From: Candidatus Spyradocola sp.
Lineage (GTDB): Bacteria > Bacillota > Clostridia > Christensenellales > UBA1750
DNA length: 64,000 nt
Direction: 5' to 3'
Assembly (NCBI GenBank): GCA_050942925.1
Contig: JBMNOF010000002.1
Coordinates: 50,483-114,482 of the forward strand
The notes under the pieces were generated by a model. That model saw only the letters and a list, made by a program, of their open reading frames with translations. It had not been told where the DNA came from and made no database searches. Shown here one piece after another: positions 43,961 to 52,688 of this stretch (position 1 is its first letter; the number at the start of each line of letters is the position of its first letter). The position numbers and the translations under genes were made by a program.

Positions 43961-44341
43961 ATGGGCATTCACGAGTCCGGAGAGAACTACTTGGAGACAA
44001 TCCTGCTTTTGCAGCGGCAAAATGGGTTTGTGCGTTCGGTGGATGTTGCCGGCGCGCTGAACTATACAAAGGCGTCCATCAGCCGCGCGATGCGGATTTT
44101 GAAGGAACAGGGCTTTGTCGAGATCGCGCGTTCCGGGCAAATCACGCTGACGGAGGAGGGACGGCGCCGCGCGGAGGGCATTTACGAGCGGCACCTGTGC
44201 ATCACCCAGTTCCTCATGCAGGTGCTGGAGCTGGACCTGCGCACCGCCGACGCGGATGCCTGCCGCATCGAGCACGTCATCAGCGAGGATACCTTCCAGC
44301 GCATTCGCGCCTACATTCAAAAGGACGACCGCATTGGATAA
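43961..44341 (+). CDS. DtxR/MntR family metal-dependent transcriptional regulator
   Basis: The internal ATG at 43961 is preceded by AAAGGAGGG. ESGENYLETILLL...VRSVDVAGALNYTKASISRAMRIL is the DtxR-type wHTH, and CRIEHVIS lies in the metal-site region. A candidate promoter is TTGCCG-17-TATACT at 43903-43931. Confidence 0.85.
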   Translation: MGIHESGENYLETILLLQRQNGFVRSVDVAGALNYTKASISRAMRILKEQGFVEIARSGQITLTEEGRRRAEGIYERHLCITQFLMQVLELDLRTADADACRIEHVISEDTFQRIRAYIQKDDRIG

Positions 44342-44350
44342 GACCGGGAA

Positions 44351-44394
44351 GGGGACCGCAGCCCATGCGCTGCGGTCCCCGATTTTGGTTTTTT
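44351..44394 (+). terminator. intrinsic terminator after the DtxR-family gene
   Basis: GGGGACCGCAG / CTGCGGTCCCC stem followed by GATTTTGGTTTTTT. Confidence 0.7.
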
Positions 44395-44512
44395 GTGAAA
44401 AGGGGCGGGCGATAGTGGCATAGGCCGTCCGGACGTGATATACTATATTCAAACTGTCCGCCGACGCGGCGGAATTCGGGGGAACCATGTACCCCGAAGC
44501 GGGAGGGGGGAA

Positions 44513-46216
44513 ATGAAGATGGCTGACAGAAGGGTGCTCTCCATTCAGCCGGAGTCGGGTTTTTATCATAAGCGCGCCATTAAGTCCATTGACAAGGAGG
44601 ACTTTCCCGCAGCGCTCAGGCATTTGCGCAAGGCCATCGCCATGGAACCGGAGAATTTGACCTATCGAATGGATCTGGCCAACACCTATGCCCGGATGGG
44701 GCTTTATGAACGCAGCAACCTGGAAATTCAGCTCATGCTCCACAAGGCGTCGATGCCCGCCGAGGCGCTCTTTGGCATGGGGAGCAACTTCATGGCCATG
44801 GGCGATTACGACCAGGCGGAGACCATGTTCAAGGCCTATGCCCACGTGGAGCCGGAGGGAGAATACATCGATCAGGCCGAGGATGGGCTGAGCTACATCG
44901 CCGAGTGCGACTATGAGACGGACCTCGACCGAGAGCTGGACGAGCTCTCCATGGACGGAAAGGCCGCCCTGGACGCCGGGGATCTGGACCACGCCATCGA
45001 CTGCCTGGAAACCGCCCTGCAAAAGGACCCGGAGATGACCTATGTGCGCAACAACCTCGCCGTGGCCTATTACTGCATCGGCGACATGGACCGCGCCTGG
45101 GAAAACCTGGACATCGTCCTGCGCGAAAGCCCATTGGACGTGCACGGCCGCTGCAACGAGTCCATGTTCCTCCTGTCCGAGGGCAGAAAGGACGAGGCCG
45201 TCGAGGCGGTGCGGAAGCTGCGCCTGGACCGCATCGAGGAGGTCGACGAGCTGTTCAAGTATTGCCTGGCCCTGGCGGACGTGGATTTGGATCAGGAGCT
45301 CTATCAGGCCCTCAAGAAGATATTCCTCTCCAGCCCCTATGACCCCTCGATGCTCTATCTCTTCGGCGTGTGCCAGTACAACCTGGGAAAGCCGCAGGAG
45401 AGCCTTCGCACCTTTGAAAAGCTCGCGCAGACCGATCCGGATAGCCTGCTCGCCCTCTATGGCGCGCGGACGGCCGCCGCAGCCCTGCGCGGGGAGGACG
45501 CGCCCAAGCGCCTGCCCTATACCTTTGACTTTCCCCAGGAGATGGAGCGCGAGGTCGACGCAGAGCTGGAAACCCTGGCGCACGCCGCGCCCGAGGAGGC
45601 GGCAAAGGCCTTGCAGGACCCGGAGGTCTGCGCGCGCGTGCGCGCAGCGCTGACCGGGAGCGACGCCCAGATGAATCGCGCCATCCGCCTGCTGGCCAAG
45701 CTGGGCGGACCCGTTGCCGAGAGAATGCTGCGCGAGCTTCTGCTCTCGCCCACGCACAACGCCTACTTTAAGCAGAAGACGCTCGATGCGCTGCACACCA
45801 TGAATGCGCCGGAGCCCTTTTATTCCCTGCAGGATGGAAAGCTCGTCCTGGTCCGCAGCCGGAACTTCCCCTTGGACCCCAAGCTGCCCAAGCCCTATCT
45901 GCGGGTGATGCGGGATGTCATCAACCGCATGGCGCAGCGGTATGGGGAGTCGCAGGCCGTGGAATTCACCGCCGGGATATGGGCAGCCTACATTCTGTAC
46001 CTGGATGGGCATTTTCCCAAGATCCGGAACGAGAAGGCGTGGGTATTGGTCCTGGACGGCTTGTATCGCGAGCGGCAGGGGAAGAGCGTGGATTGGCGCG
46101 CCCTTGCGGACGAAGCGGGAACGACGCTGCGCACCATGCAGACGCGCCGCGCAAAGCTGGCGGAGGCCGAGGAACGGGTCCAGGCGGAGGAAAAGGAAGG
46201 AGAGGAAGAAAAATGA
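44513..46216 (+). CDS. TPR repeat protein
   Basis: The internal ATG at 44513 is preceded by GGGAGGGGGG. It has repeated 34-aa TPR-like units (ALRHLRKAIAMEPENLTYRMDLANTYARMGLY, GDYDQAETMFKAY...). Confidence 0.7.
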   Translation: MKMADRRVLSIQPESGFYHKRAIKSIDKEDFPAALRHLRKAIAMEPENLTYRMDLANTYARMGLYERSNLEIQLMLHKASMPAEALFGMGSNFMAMGDYDQAETMFKAYAHVEPEGEYIDQAEDGLSYIAECDYETDLDRELDELSMDGKAALDAGDLDHAIDCLETALQKDPEMTYVRNNLAVAYYCIGDMDRAWENLDIVLRESPLDVHGRCNESMFLLSEGRKDEAVEAVRKLRLDRIEEVDELFKYCLALADVDLDQELYQALKKIFLSSPYDPSMLYLFGVCQYNLGKPQESLRTFEKLAQTDPDSLLALYGARTAAAALRGEDAPKRLPYTFDFPQEMEREVDAELETLAHAAPEEAAKALQDPEVCARVRAALTGSDAQMNRAIRLLAKLGGPVAERMLRELLLSPTHNAYFKQKTLDALHTMNAPEPFYSLQDGKLVLVRSRNFPLDPKLPKPYLRVMRDVINRMAQRYGESQAVEFTAGIWAAYILYLDGHFPKIRNEKAWVLVLDGLYRERQGKSVDWRALADEAGTTLRTMQTRRAKLAEAEERVQAEEKEGEEEK

Positions 46217-47037
46217 ACTGCGTGGATTTTGACAAGCACTTTGAAAGCTATATCCGCCAGTGGAGCAAGGACAACATGGCCCGCTACAAGAACGTCGACG
46301 CCATGGAGGCCGATATTCCGGAGGTCTATCTGCGCTGGCTCAACGAGCCCTGCGATTGGCTCAGCGGGCGCACGCCGGGCAATTACTTCGCCCAGTTTGA
46401 CGACGCGAAGTTCCTGTGCAAGTGGCTCTGCGACTATGTGAAGAAAAAGGTGCCCGTGCCGGACCAGCTGCTGGAGCGCATCACCGAGCTGGGCGAGCAG
46501 AGCGTGCCGCACCTGCTGGACATCGCCGCGCGCAAGGAGGCGGCCAGCGAGGTCCGCATGACGGCCATCGGCCTGCTGCGCGAGATGGAGCGCGTGGAGC
46601 CGATGGACCTCTACGTCTCCTGGCTTGCATCCGGGCAGGAGATGGACGAGCTCGCGGAGAACGGCGCCGAGTCTCTCAAAAACATGGGCGGGCGCGTCAT
46701 CGAACCCCTGCTCCAGGCATATGAAACGGCAAGCCCCAGTGCAAAGGAGTGCATTGCAGACATCCTTTGCGACTATCCGGAGGAAAAGCGCGTGTTGCCC
46801 CTCCTGCTTGCGCTCATGGACACCTCCAAGAATGCCGCGCTCATCGCCTCCTACATCGCGAAGTTCGGCGATCCGGAGGCCCTGCCCCGGATGATGCAGG
46901 CGCTGGAAGACCCGAGCATCAATTACCTGGACTATGTAGAGATCGCCAACGCCGTCCGCGCGCTGGGCGGGGAGATCGGCGAGGAGCGCAGCTTTGAGGG
47001 CGATCCCTACTACGAATCCATGAAGCAGCTCGGCTGA
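46213..47037 (+). CDS. helical-repeat (HEAT-like) hypothetical protein
   Basis: The internal ATG at 46213 overlaps the TPR gene stop (ATGA). The protein is an acidic alpha-helical repeat protein of no named family. Confidence 0.6.
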   Translation: MNCVDFDKHFESYIRQWSKDNMARYKNVDAMEADIPEVYLRWLNEPCDWLSGRTPGNYFAQFDDAKFLCKWLCDYVKKKVPVPDQLLERITELGEQSVPHLLDIAARKEAASEVRMTAIGLLREMERVEPMDLYVSWLASGQEMDELAENGAESLKNMGGRVIEPLLQAYETASPSAKECIADILCDYPEEKRVLPLLLALMDTSKNAALIASYIAKFGDPEALPRMMQALEDPSINYLDYVEIANAVRALGGEIGEERSFEGDPYYESMKQLG

Positions 47038-47064
47038 CATAAGGGGAGACGGAAGGAGACCGCG

Positions 47065-47781
47065 ATGCAGGAAACCCGCATTACCGTTGAGGACGTAAGA
47101 AAAAACAAGAAGCTCTCCGTGCTCATCGACGCCGCCAACCGCATGCTGGAGGTCATCGGCTATACGGAGCACGGGCCGCGGCACGTGGGCTTTGTCAGCC
47201 ATACAGCCCGCGACATCCTCGAACAGCTCCACTACCCGGAGCGCATGTGCGAGCTGGCCGCCATCGCCGGCTGGGTGCACGACGTGGGCAACGCCGTCAA
47301 CCGCGTCAACCACGGCATCACCGGGGGCGTTTTGCTCTTTCCCCTCTTGCAGGAGATGGGCATGCCCATGGACGAGGTGGTCACCATCATCGGGGCCGTG
47401 GGCAACCACGAGGAGCAAAATGGCAAGGTGGTTTCCGCGATTTCCGCCGCTCTCATCATCGCAGACAAGTCGGATGCGCACCGCACCCGCGTGCGCCGCG
47501 CTTCCTATAATCCGGACGACATCCACGACCGCGTGAACTACTCGATCGCCGAAAACGCCGTACAGGTCGATCCCGTGCGCCGGATCATCCGCTTTGCGCT
47601 GTCCATGGACGAGAGTTCCTCGGTCATGGACTTTATGGAAATCTACCTGACCCGCATGCAGATGTGCGAGGAGGCGGCCAATTTTCTCGGCTGCCGCTTT
47701 GAACTGGTGGTCAACGGCGTCAACATCAACCGCACGAGGAGAGACGTTCCCCGTGAGACGCAGGGGGAGGAAAAACGATGA
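47065..47781 (+). CDS. HD domain phosphohydrolase
   Basis: 238-aa ORF with the H...HD...H...D pattern (GPRHVGFV, GWVHDVGN, GNHEE, ADKSD). RBS is GAAGGAG. Confidence 0.8.
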   Translation: MQETRITVEDVRKNKKLSVLIDAANRMLEVIGYTEHGPRHVGFVSHTARDILEQLHYPERMCELAAIAGWVHDVGNAVNRVNHGITGGVLLFPLLQEMGMPMDEVVTIIGAVGNHEEQNGKVVSAISAALIIADKSDAHRTRVRRASYNPDDIHDRVNYSIAENAVQVDPVRRIIRFALSMDESSSVMDFMEIYLTRMQMCEEAANFLGCRFELVVNGVNINRTRRDVPRETQGEEKR

Positions 47782-48962
47782 GCGAGAACTTTCAGCTGGG
47801 CGCAACGGCCGCCTTTGGCTTGGAGGGCGTGGTCGCAGGGGAGCTCAAGCGGCTGGGCTACGAGGCCAAGGGGTTCCTCGGCGGGGCGTCCTTTTCCGGC
47901 ACGCTCGAGGACGCCTTTCGGGCCAATCTCTGGCTGCGCACGGCGGACCGCGTGTTGATTTACGTCGCGCGCTTTCGCGCGGAGACCTTTGACGACCTGT
48001 TTGAGGGCGTGCGCGCCAAGGCGTGGGAGAACTTGCTCCCGCGCAATGCCGAGGTCTATGTCACCGGCAAGTGCGCCCGATCGACGCTCATGTCCGTGCC
48101 CGACGTGCAGTCCATCGCCAAGAAGGCGATCGTGGAAAGGCTGAAGGCGGCCTACCGGCTCCACTGGCTGCCGGAGGATGGCGCCCGCTACCACATCGAC
48201 GTCCACATCCACGAAAACGAGGTCGCCGTGACGCTGGATACCAGCGGCGCAGGGCTCGCGCGGCGCGGCTACCGCACGCTGAACGCGACCGCGCCCCTGC
48301 GGGAAACGCTCGCCGCGGCCATGCTCATGGTCTCGCCCTGGCGCACTGCCTTGCCGTTTTACGATCCGCTCTGCGGCTCCGGCACGCTGCCCATTGAGGC
48401 GGCCCTGATCGCGCTGGACCGCGCGCCAGGCCTTCTTCGCCCCTTTGACATGGAGAAATGGGAGGTCGTGGACAAGCCCGCCTTGGAGCAGATCCGCCAG
48501 GAGGCGCGGGACCGGTTTGAGACGGCCAAGAGCAAGCGCACCGTGGAGGTGTTTGGCTCGGACATCGACGAGCACGTCCTGCGCCTGGCCGCAGCGCACC
48601 GCGCGCAGGCCGGGCTCAACGGCTTTGTGCACTTGGAGCGCAAGGCCCTGCGCGACGCGGAGTTCCCCGCGCCGCGCGGCGCCATCGTGACCAATCCCCC
48701 GTACGGCGAGCGCCTCGGGGACGAGAAGGAGGCGCGCCGCGTCTGCGCGGAGCTCGGCGAGCTCCTGCGCAAGGGCGACGGTTGGACGCTGACGGCCATC
48801 ACTTCCCGCCGCGACTTTGAAAAGGACTTTGGGCGCCGCTGCACCAAGCGCCGCCGCGTTTACAACGGCCGCATCGAGTGCGAAATCCTCTCCTTTGATC
48901 CCGCTTCCGAGCACCTGGCCAAGGAAAGGCGCGCGCCGCGCCCCGCCGCCAAGCGCGGATGA
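47778..48962 (+). CDS. THUMP domain class I SAM-dependent RNA methyltransferase (RlmL/YpsC-like)
   Basis: 394-aa ORF with an ATGA overlap. It has an N-terminal THUMP-like region, motif I (DPLCGSGTLPIEAA) and motif IV (TNPPYGERL). Confidence 0.85.
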   Translation: MSENFQLGATAAFGLEGVVAGELKRLGYEAKGFLGGASFSGTLEDAFRANLWLRTADRVLIYVARFRAETFDDLFEGVRAKAWENLLPRNAEVYVTGKCARSTLMSVPDVQSIAKKAIVERLKAAYRLHWLPEDGARYHIDVHIHENEVAVTLDTSGAGLARRGYRTLNATAPLRETLAAAMLMVSPWRTALPFYDPLCGSGTLPIEAALIALDRAPGLLRPFDMEKWEVVDKPALEQIRQEARDRFETAKSKRTVEVFGSDIDEHVLRLAAAHRAQAGLNGFVHLERKALRDAEFPAPRGAIVTNPPYGERLGDEKEARRVCAELGELLRKGDGWTLTAITSRRDFEKDFGRRCTKRRRVYNGRIECEILSFDPASEHLAKERRAPRPAAKRG

Positions 48963-48971
48963 ACCCCGTTG

Positions 48972-48999
48972 CGCCTCCGGCAAATGCCGGGGGCGTTTT
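48972..48999 (+). terminator. intrinsic terminator after the THUMP methyltransferase gene
   Basis: 10-bp stem CGCCTCCGGC / GCCGGGGGCG (one G-U pair) followed by TTTT. Confidence 0.65.
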
Positions 49000-49117
49000 G
49001 TGCGGCAAATGTGTCGGCGCACGCAAGAGAAAGCGAACGAAACCGGAACGATTGCGGGAAAGAATGAACTTCCCTTTGCTGTAGTGGAAATTTATTGTGA
49101 AAACTCGCCTAGACCAT

Positions 49118-49146
49118 TTGACAAATGCGCCGCAGTCTGTTACATT
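49118..49146 (+). promoter_or_regulatory. orphan near-consensus sigma-70-type promoter
   Basis: TTGACA (49118-49123), 17-nt spacer, TACATT (49141-49146). No protein-coding gene lies downstream before the terminator at 49394-49449. Confidence 0.5.
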
Positions 49147-49152
49147 GAAATT

Positions 49153-49393
49153 GGCACAAAGGTTGTGACCGAAATACCGTCCCTGTGCAGAGGGAGACTG
49201 CGTGGAGGTTCGGCGCGTTCCGGCGCGGAAGGGCATGCCGATGTGCGAAGGGCCGCCGTCGTTTGACCCTTTCCGACGGCAGCGCCGCGCCTGTGTGCAA
49301 ACGCGGACACTCGTCCCGTCTGCCTTGCCGGCGGTTGTTCGCAGCCAAGGGTGGCGCGCAGTCTTTTGCAGGGACTGTCCGCATTGGGCGAAA
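49153..49393 (+). ncRNA. candidate structured non-coding RNA of unknown family
   Basis: It lies between the orphan promoter and a strong terminator. Nested long-range helices are 49179-85/49369-75 and 49196-204/49355-63. They enclose hairpins 49218-22/49226-30, 49255-61/49274-80, 49285-89/49302-06 and 49323-27/49346-50. No credible ORF or RBS is present. Confidence 0.35.
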
Positions 49394-49449
49394 GAATGGA
49401 AAAATGCCCCCGGACCGCTTTGGTTCGAGGGCATTTTTCCATTCTTTTT
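49394..49449. terminator. bidirectional intrinsic terminator (candidate RNA on plus strand, MATE gene on minus strand)
   Basis: Perfect 16-bp stem GAATGGAAAAATGCCC / GGGCATTTTTCCATTC with a 19-nt loop, followed by T5 at 49445-49449. The A/T-rich stem base gives U-tracts in both directions. It abuts the MATE stop codon. Confidence 0.7.
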
Positions 49450-50779
49450 AGTTGAGAACTTGCTTGTTCTGCCACCGGCCGGAGAAGTAGCGCCACACGA
49501 ATAGGATCGCGCGCACCAGCCAGTCCAGCGTCATGGCGATCCACACGCCCTTGAGCTCCAGGTGGAAACCCAGGCCCAGCACGTAGGAGAAGAGGATGCG
49601 GCACAGCCACATGGAGACTACGGACGTCAGCATCGTGAAGCGCACGTCGCCCGCCGCGCGCAGGATGTTGGGCAGCGCAAAGGACGCGGGCCAGATGACG
49701 ATTGCGCAGAGGCTGTGGTAAACGCCCAGCCAAATGGCCAGCTGGAACGTCTCTTCCGAGGGGTTGTAGAGCCGGGTGATGGGCACGCACAGGAGAATGA
49801 GCAGAACGCTGATCCCCGCCATGAACAGGTAGGTCATCTTCATCAGCTTTTTGGCGTAGAGCTTGGCCTGTTCGTAATCGTTTGCGCCGACGCAGCGGCC
49901 GATGACCGTGATCATCGCAAGGCCGAGCGCGTTGCCCGGGATGCACTCAAAGGAGGCCAGGTTGCTCGCGATGGCGTTGGCGGTGATGGCCGTCGTGCCA
50001 AAGAGGGCGATGAGCGAGGACACCAAGACCTTGCCCACCTGGAACATGCCGTTCTCCAATCCGTTGGGAACGCCGATGCGCAGGATGCGCTTGATCATCT
50101 GCCAGTCCGGACGGTAGCGGAAGAGGTGCTCGACGTAGATGAGGTTGTGGCGGTTGCGGAGCAGCCACATCATGACCACCGCGCCGGTTGCGCGGGAGAT
50201 GAGCGTCGCCGTGCCCGCGCCCGCAACTCCCATGTTGAACCCGTAAATCAGCAGCGCGTTGCCGCCGATGTTGATGACGTTCATCAGGATCGAGGTCTTC
50301 ATCGAGATCGAGGAGTTGGACATGGAGCGGAACAGCGCCGCGCCCGCGTTGTAGACCGCAAGGAACGGATAGGACAGGGCGGAAAGCCAGAAGTAGGTCT
50401 GCGCATAGGACATGACGTCCGGCTCTACCGAGCCAAAGACGAACCCGAGCAGATGCCTGCCGCCCAGCAGGGCGAGGATGCCCAGCGCCAAGGCGATGCA
50501 CGCGCTGCTGTAAATCAGCTGTTTGGCGGCAATGCAGGAGCTTTCCCGCTCCTGCCGGCCGAGGTACTGCGATGCGACAACCGCTCCGCCCGTTGCCATG
50601 GCGGAGAAGATGTTAATCAGGAGGATGTTGATGCTGTCCACGAGCGATACACCCGAGACCGCCGCCTCACCGACGTTTGCCACCATCATCGTGTCCGCCA
50701 TACCGATCGTCACGGCGAGGATCTGTTCGATCATCAGGGGCACAATGAGACGGCGAAGTTCTTCCTTGGAAAATAACAT
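49448..50779 (-). CDS. MATE family efflux transporter
   Basis: 443-aa ORF with 12 predicted TM helices. The N-terminal LIVPLMIEQILAVTIGMADTMMV is typical of MATE transporters. RBS is GTGAGGA. Confidence 0.85.
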   Translation of the reverse strand: MLFSKEELRRLIVPLMIEQILAVTIGMADTMMVANVGEAAVSGVSLVDSINILLINIFSAMATGGAVVASQYLGRQERESSCIAAKQLIYSSACIALALGILALLGGRHLLGFVFGSVEPDVMSYAQTYFWLSALSYPFLAVYNAGAALFRSMSNSSISMKTSILMNVINIGGNALLIYGFNMGVAGAGTATLISRATGAVVMMWLLRNRHNLIYVEHLFRYRPDWQMIKRILRIGVPNGLENGMFQVGKVLVSSLIALFGTTAITANAIASNLASFECIPGNALGLAMITVIGRCVGANDYEQAKLYAKKLMKMTYLFMAGISVLLILLCVPITRLYNPSEETFQLAIWLGVYHSLCAIVIWPASFALPNILRAAGDVRFTMLTSVVSMWLCRILFSYVLGLGFHLELKGVWIAMTLDWLVRAILFVWRYFSGRWQNKQVLN

Positions 50780-50903
50780 AAATTTTCCTCACCCTTTGCC
50801 GATTTGATAAGATCTCTTTTATTGTGCGACATTTTGTGCTAAGATGCAAGAGCGATCACGCTTTGTTAACAAGAACTTCGGGTTCGCAGGAAGGAGAAAC
50901 GAC

Positions 50904-52637
50904 ATGAGAAGTCAGGAAGTACGCAAGTTGGCGCCGGAGATGGACCCCTTGCGCATCGGGATGGGGTGGAGCATAGAGGACCTGGAAAAGCCGCAGATCC
51001 TGGTCGAGTCCACGTTTGGCGACAGCCATCCCGGCTCGGCGCACCTGTTGGAGTTGGTCAACCTCGCCTGCCAGGGCGTGGCCGAGGCGGGAGGCCGCGC
51101 CGCGCGCTATTTTGCCACCGACATCTGCGACGGCATGGCCCAGGGGCACGACGGCATCAACTATTCCCTGGCCTCGCGCGACACAATCTGCAACCTCATC
51201 GAGATCCACGAGCGCGCGACGACCTTTGACGCGGGCGTCTTTCTCGCCAGCTGCGACAAGGCCGTGCCCGCGCACCTGATGGCGATCGGGCGCACGAATC
51301 TGCCCACCGTCATGGTCACGGGCGGCGTCATGAGCGCCGGGCCCAATCTGCTCACGCTGGAGCAGATCGGCATGTATTCGGCCATGTGTGCGCGCGGCGA
51401 GATCACCGAGGAGGAGTTCACCTATTATAAGCACCATGCCTGTCCTTCCTGCGGAGCCTGTTCCTTTATGGGCACCGCGTCCACCATGCAGATCCTTGCC
51501 GAAGCCCTCGGGCTCATGCTCCCGGGCACCGCGCTCCTGCCCGCCCTCTGCCCGGATCTTCGGATGGCGGCCCGCCGCGCCGGGGAGCAGGCCCTGTTCC
51601 TGGCAAAGAACGATCTGCGCCCGCGCGACATGGTGACGCTGAAGAGCTTTGAAAACGCCATCATGGTCCACGCGGCCATCTCCGGGTCCACAAACGCGCT
51701 TCTGCACATCCCCGCCATCGCCCACGAATTCCACGTGGACCTGGACGCGGATACCTTTGACCGCATGCACCGCGACGCGCACTATCTGCTGGACATTCGC
51801 CCGGCCGGGCGCTTCCCCGCGGAATACTTCTACTATGCCGGCGGCGTGCCCCGCGTCATGGAGGAGATCAAGTCCATGCTGCACTTGGACGTCATGACCG
51901 TCACTGGCAAGACCTTGGGCGAGAACTTGGAGGATCTGCGCAAGAGCGAGTATTACGAAAAGTGCGACGAGTACCTGCGCAAGACCGGATGCGCGCGCAC
52001 GGACATCATCCGCACGTTTGACGCGCCCATCGGCAGCCACGGCACCATCGCGGTGCTGCGCGGGAATCTCGCGCCCGAGGGAGCGGTCATCAAGCACAGC
52101 GCCGTCCCCAAGGAGATGCACCGCGCGCTCCTGCGCGCCCGTCCCTTCGATTGCGAGGAGGACGCCATTTCCGCCATCTTAACCCACAAGATCCGCCCAG
52201 GCGACGCCGTCTTTATCCGCTACGAGGGCCCGAAGGGCAGCGGCATGCCCGAGATGTTCTACACGACCGAGGCCATCTCTTCGGACCCGGAGCTCTCCGC
52301 CTCCATCGCCTTGATCACCGACGGCCGCTTCTCCGGCGCCTCAAAGGGGCCCGCCATCGGCCACGTCTCGCCCGAAGCGGCGCAGGGCGGTCCCATCGCT
52401 CTCGTGGAGGAGGACGACCTCATCTTCATCGACGTCGAGGCAAGAAAGCTCGAGATCGTCGGCGTTCGCGGGGAAAAGCGTCCGCCGGAGGAGATCGAGC
52501 GCATTCTCCAGGAGCGCCACGCTCGCTGGACGCCGCATCCGGCGCGCTACACCGAGGGCGTGCTGGGGGTGTTTACGCACCTGGCGGCTTCGCCCATGAA
52601 GGGGGGAAGCATGGTCGTTCCCGACGGAGAGGAGTAG
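50904..52637 (+). CDS. IlvD/Edd family dehydratase (probable sugar-acid dehydratase)
   Basis: The internal ATG at 50904 is preceded by AAGGAG. CDGMAQGH, CDKAVPAH, CPSCGACSFMGTASTM (Fe-S ligands) and ITDGRFSGASKG are family signatures. Confidence 0.85.
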   Translation: MRSQEVRKLAPEMDPLRIGMGWSIEDLEKPQILVESTFGDSHPGSAHLLELVNLACQGVAEAGGRAARYFATDICDGMAQGHDGINYSLASRDTICNLIEIHERATTFDAGVFLASCDKAVPAHLMAIGRTNLPTVMVTGGVMSAGPNLLTLEQIGMYSAMCARGEITEEEFTYYKHHACPSCGACSFMGTASTMQILAEALGLMLPGTALLPALCPDLRMAARRAGEQALFLAKNDLRPRDMVTLKSFENAIMVHAAISGSTNALLHIPAIAHEFHVDLDADTFDRMHRDAHYLLDIRPAGRFPAEYFYYAGGVPRVMEEIKSMLHLDVMTVTGKTLGENLEDLRKSEYYEKCDEYLRKTGCARTDIIRTFDAPIGSHGTIAVLRGNLAPEGAVIKHSAVPKEMHRALLRARPFDCEEDAISAILTHKIRPGDAVFIRYEGPKGSGMPEMFYTTEAISSDPELSASIALITDGRFSGASKGPAIGHVSPEAAQGGPIALVEEDDLIFIDVEARKLEIVGVRGEKRPPEEIERILQERHARWTPHPARYTEGVLGVFTHLAASPMKGGSMVVPDGEE

Positions 52638-52688
52638 CGCGCGGGCGGAGAGTTGTGGTATACTTTAGACCGTAAAGGGGGTTTTTGC

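Noticed and set aside
40412-47805. 1004-aa, 847-aa and 605-aa minus-strand ORFs (40412-43426, 43469-46012, 45988-47805)
   Set aside because: All are antisense to chains of motif-supported plus-strand genes (pepV-like, esterase, GNAT, DtxR, TPR, HEAT-like, HD). They span several genes and intergenic terminators, which real genes would not.
49153-49393. Candidate RNA considered as a T-box leader, SRP RNA, RNase P RNA, tmRNA or a common riboswitch
   Set aside because: AAGGGTGGCGCGC (49347-49359) superficially resembles the T-box GGGTGGTACCGCG, but it lacks the TAC and no downstream gene is present. There is no GAGGAAAGTCC (RNase P). There is no GGAAGCAGC with a GNRA tetraloop (SRP). There is no tRNA-like end or tag reading frame (tmRNA). 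I saw no conserved cores of the cobalamin, TPP, FMN, SAM, ZTP, c-di-AMP or c-di-GMP riboswitches. The family is therefore left as unknown.
48799-49504. ORFs inside the 48963-49447 gap (149 aa, 88 aa and 100 aa on the plus strand; 211 aa and 91 aa on the minus strand)
   Set aside because: Their composition is Arg/Cys/Gly-rich, they lack an RBS, and they overlap terminator hairpins and each other. None looks like a real protein.
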